Notes under the pieces: model-generated
What the model was told of the DNA's origin: nothing
The model's database searches: none
The model's input: only the letters and a program-made list of their open reading frames with translations
Assembly (NCBI GenBank): GCA_030390025.1
Contig: CM059433.1
Location: 2,046,001-2,110,000, forward strand
Source: Squalus acanthias
Lineage: Eukaryota
Reading direction: 5' to 3'
DNA: 64,000 nucleotides
Shown here: in pieces, positions 63,941-64,000 of the stretch
Layout of the letters: each line of letters starts with the position of its first letter
Position numbering within the stretch: position 1 is the first letter of the stretch
Made by a program: the position numbers and the translations under genes

Positions 63941-64000
63941 ATCGAGCCTTGTCCACAAGATTCCCTTCAATTTAACACTGATGAGGTAATTAGCTGCTAT

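Noticed and set aside
59538..64000. Next NBAS exon (and the exon preceding 11966)
   Set aside because: No matching peptide with splice sites found by eye; probably outside the window.

Overview
Eukaryotic, repeat-rich vertebrate DNA. The SINE and LINE families present (HE1-type V-SINE, SacSINE1-type DeuSINE, CR1, L2, Penelope) point to a cartilaginous fish. The window lies inside the NBAS gene on the + strand. Ten consecutive internal coding exons (1370 nt in total, all GT-AG with matching phases) run from 11966 to 59537; the start and stop codons lie outside the window. The introns hold many decayed CR1 and L2 LINE fragments, tRNA-derived SINEs, PIF/Harbinger-type MITEs plus a Harbinger Myb/SANT gene remnant, hAT and Tigger MITEs, a solo LTR, and Penelope fragments with minimal hammerhead ribozyme motifs. 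Highlights: (1) a 208-bp insertion with an 11-bp TSD that is an 80-bp near-perfect palindrome of two head-to-head hammerhead motifs; (2) a Penelope insertion that appears to have displaced an NBAS branch point and whose sense-strand ribozyme core is mutated; (3) an intronless, degraded MROH1-like pseudogene antisense in an NBAS intron, missed by the ORF track; (4) Harbinger-type MITEs built from arrays of unrelated hairpins and clustered consensus splice donors. Family and gene names come from recognition, not database searches, and repeat boundaries are approximate.
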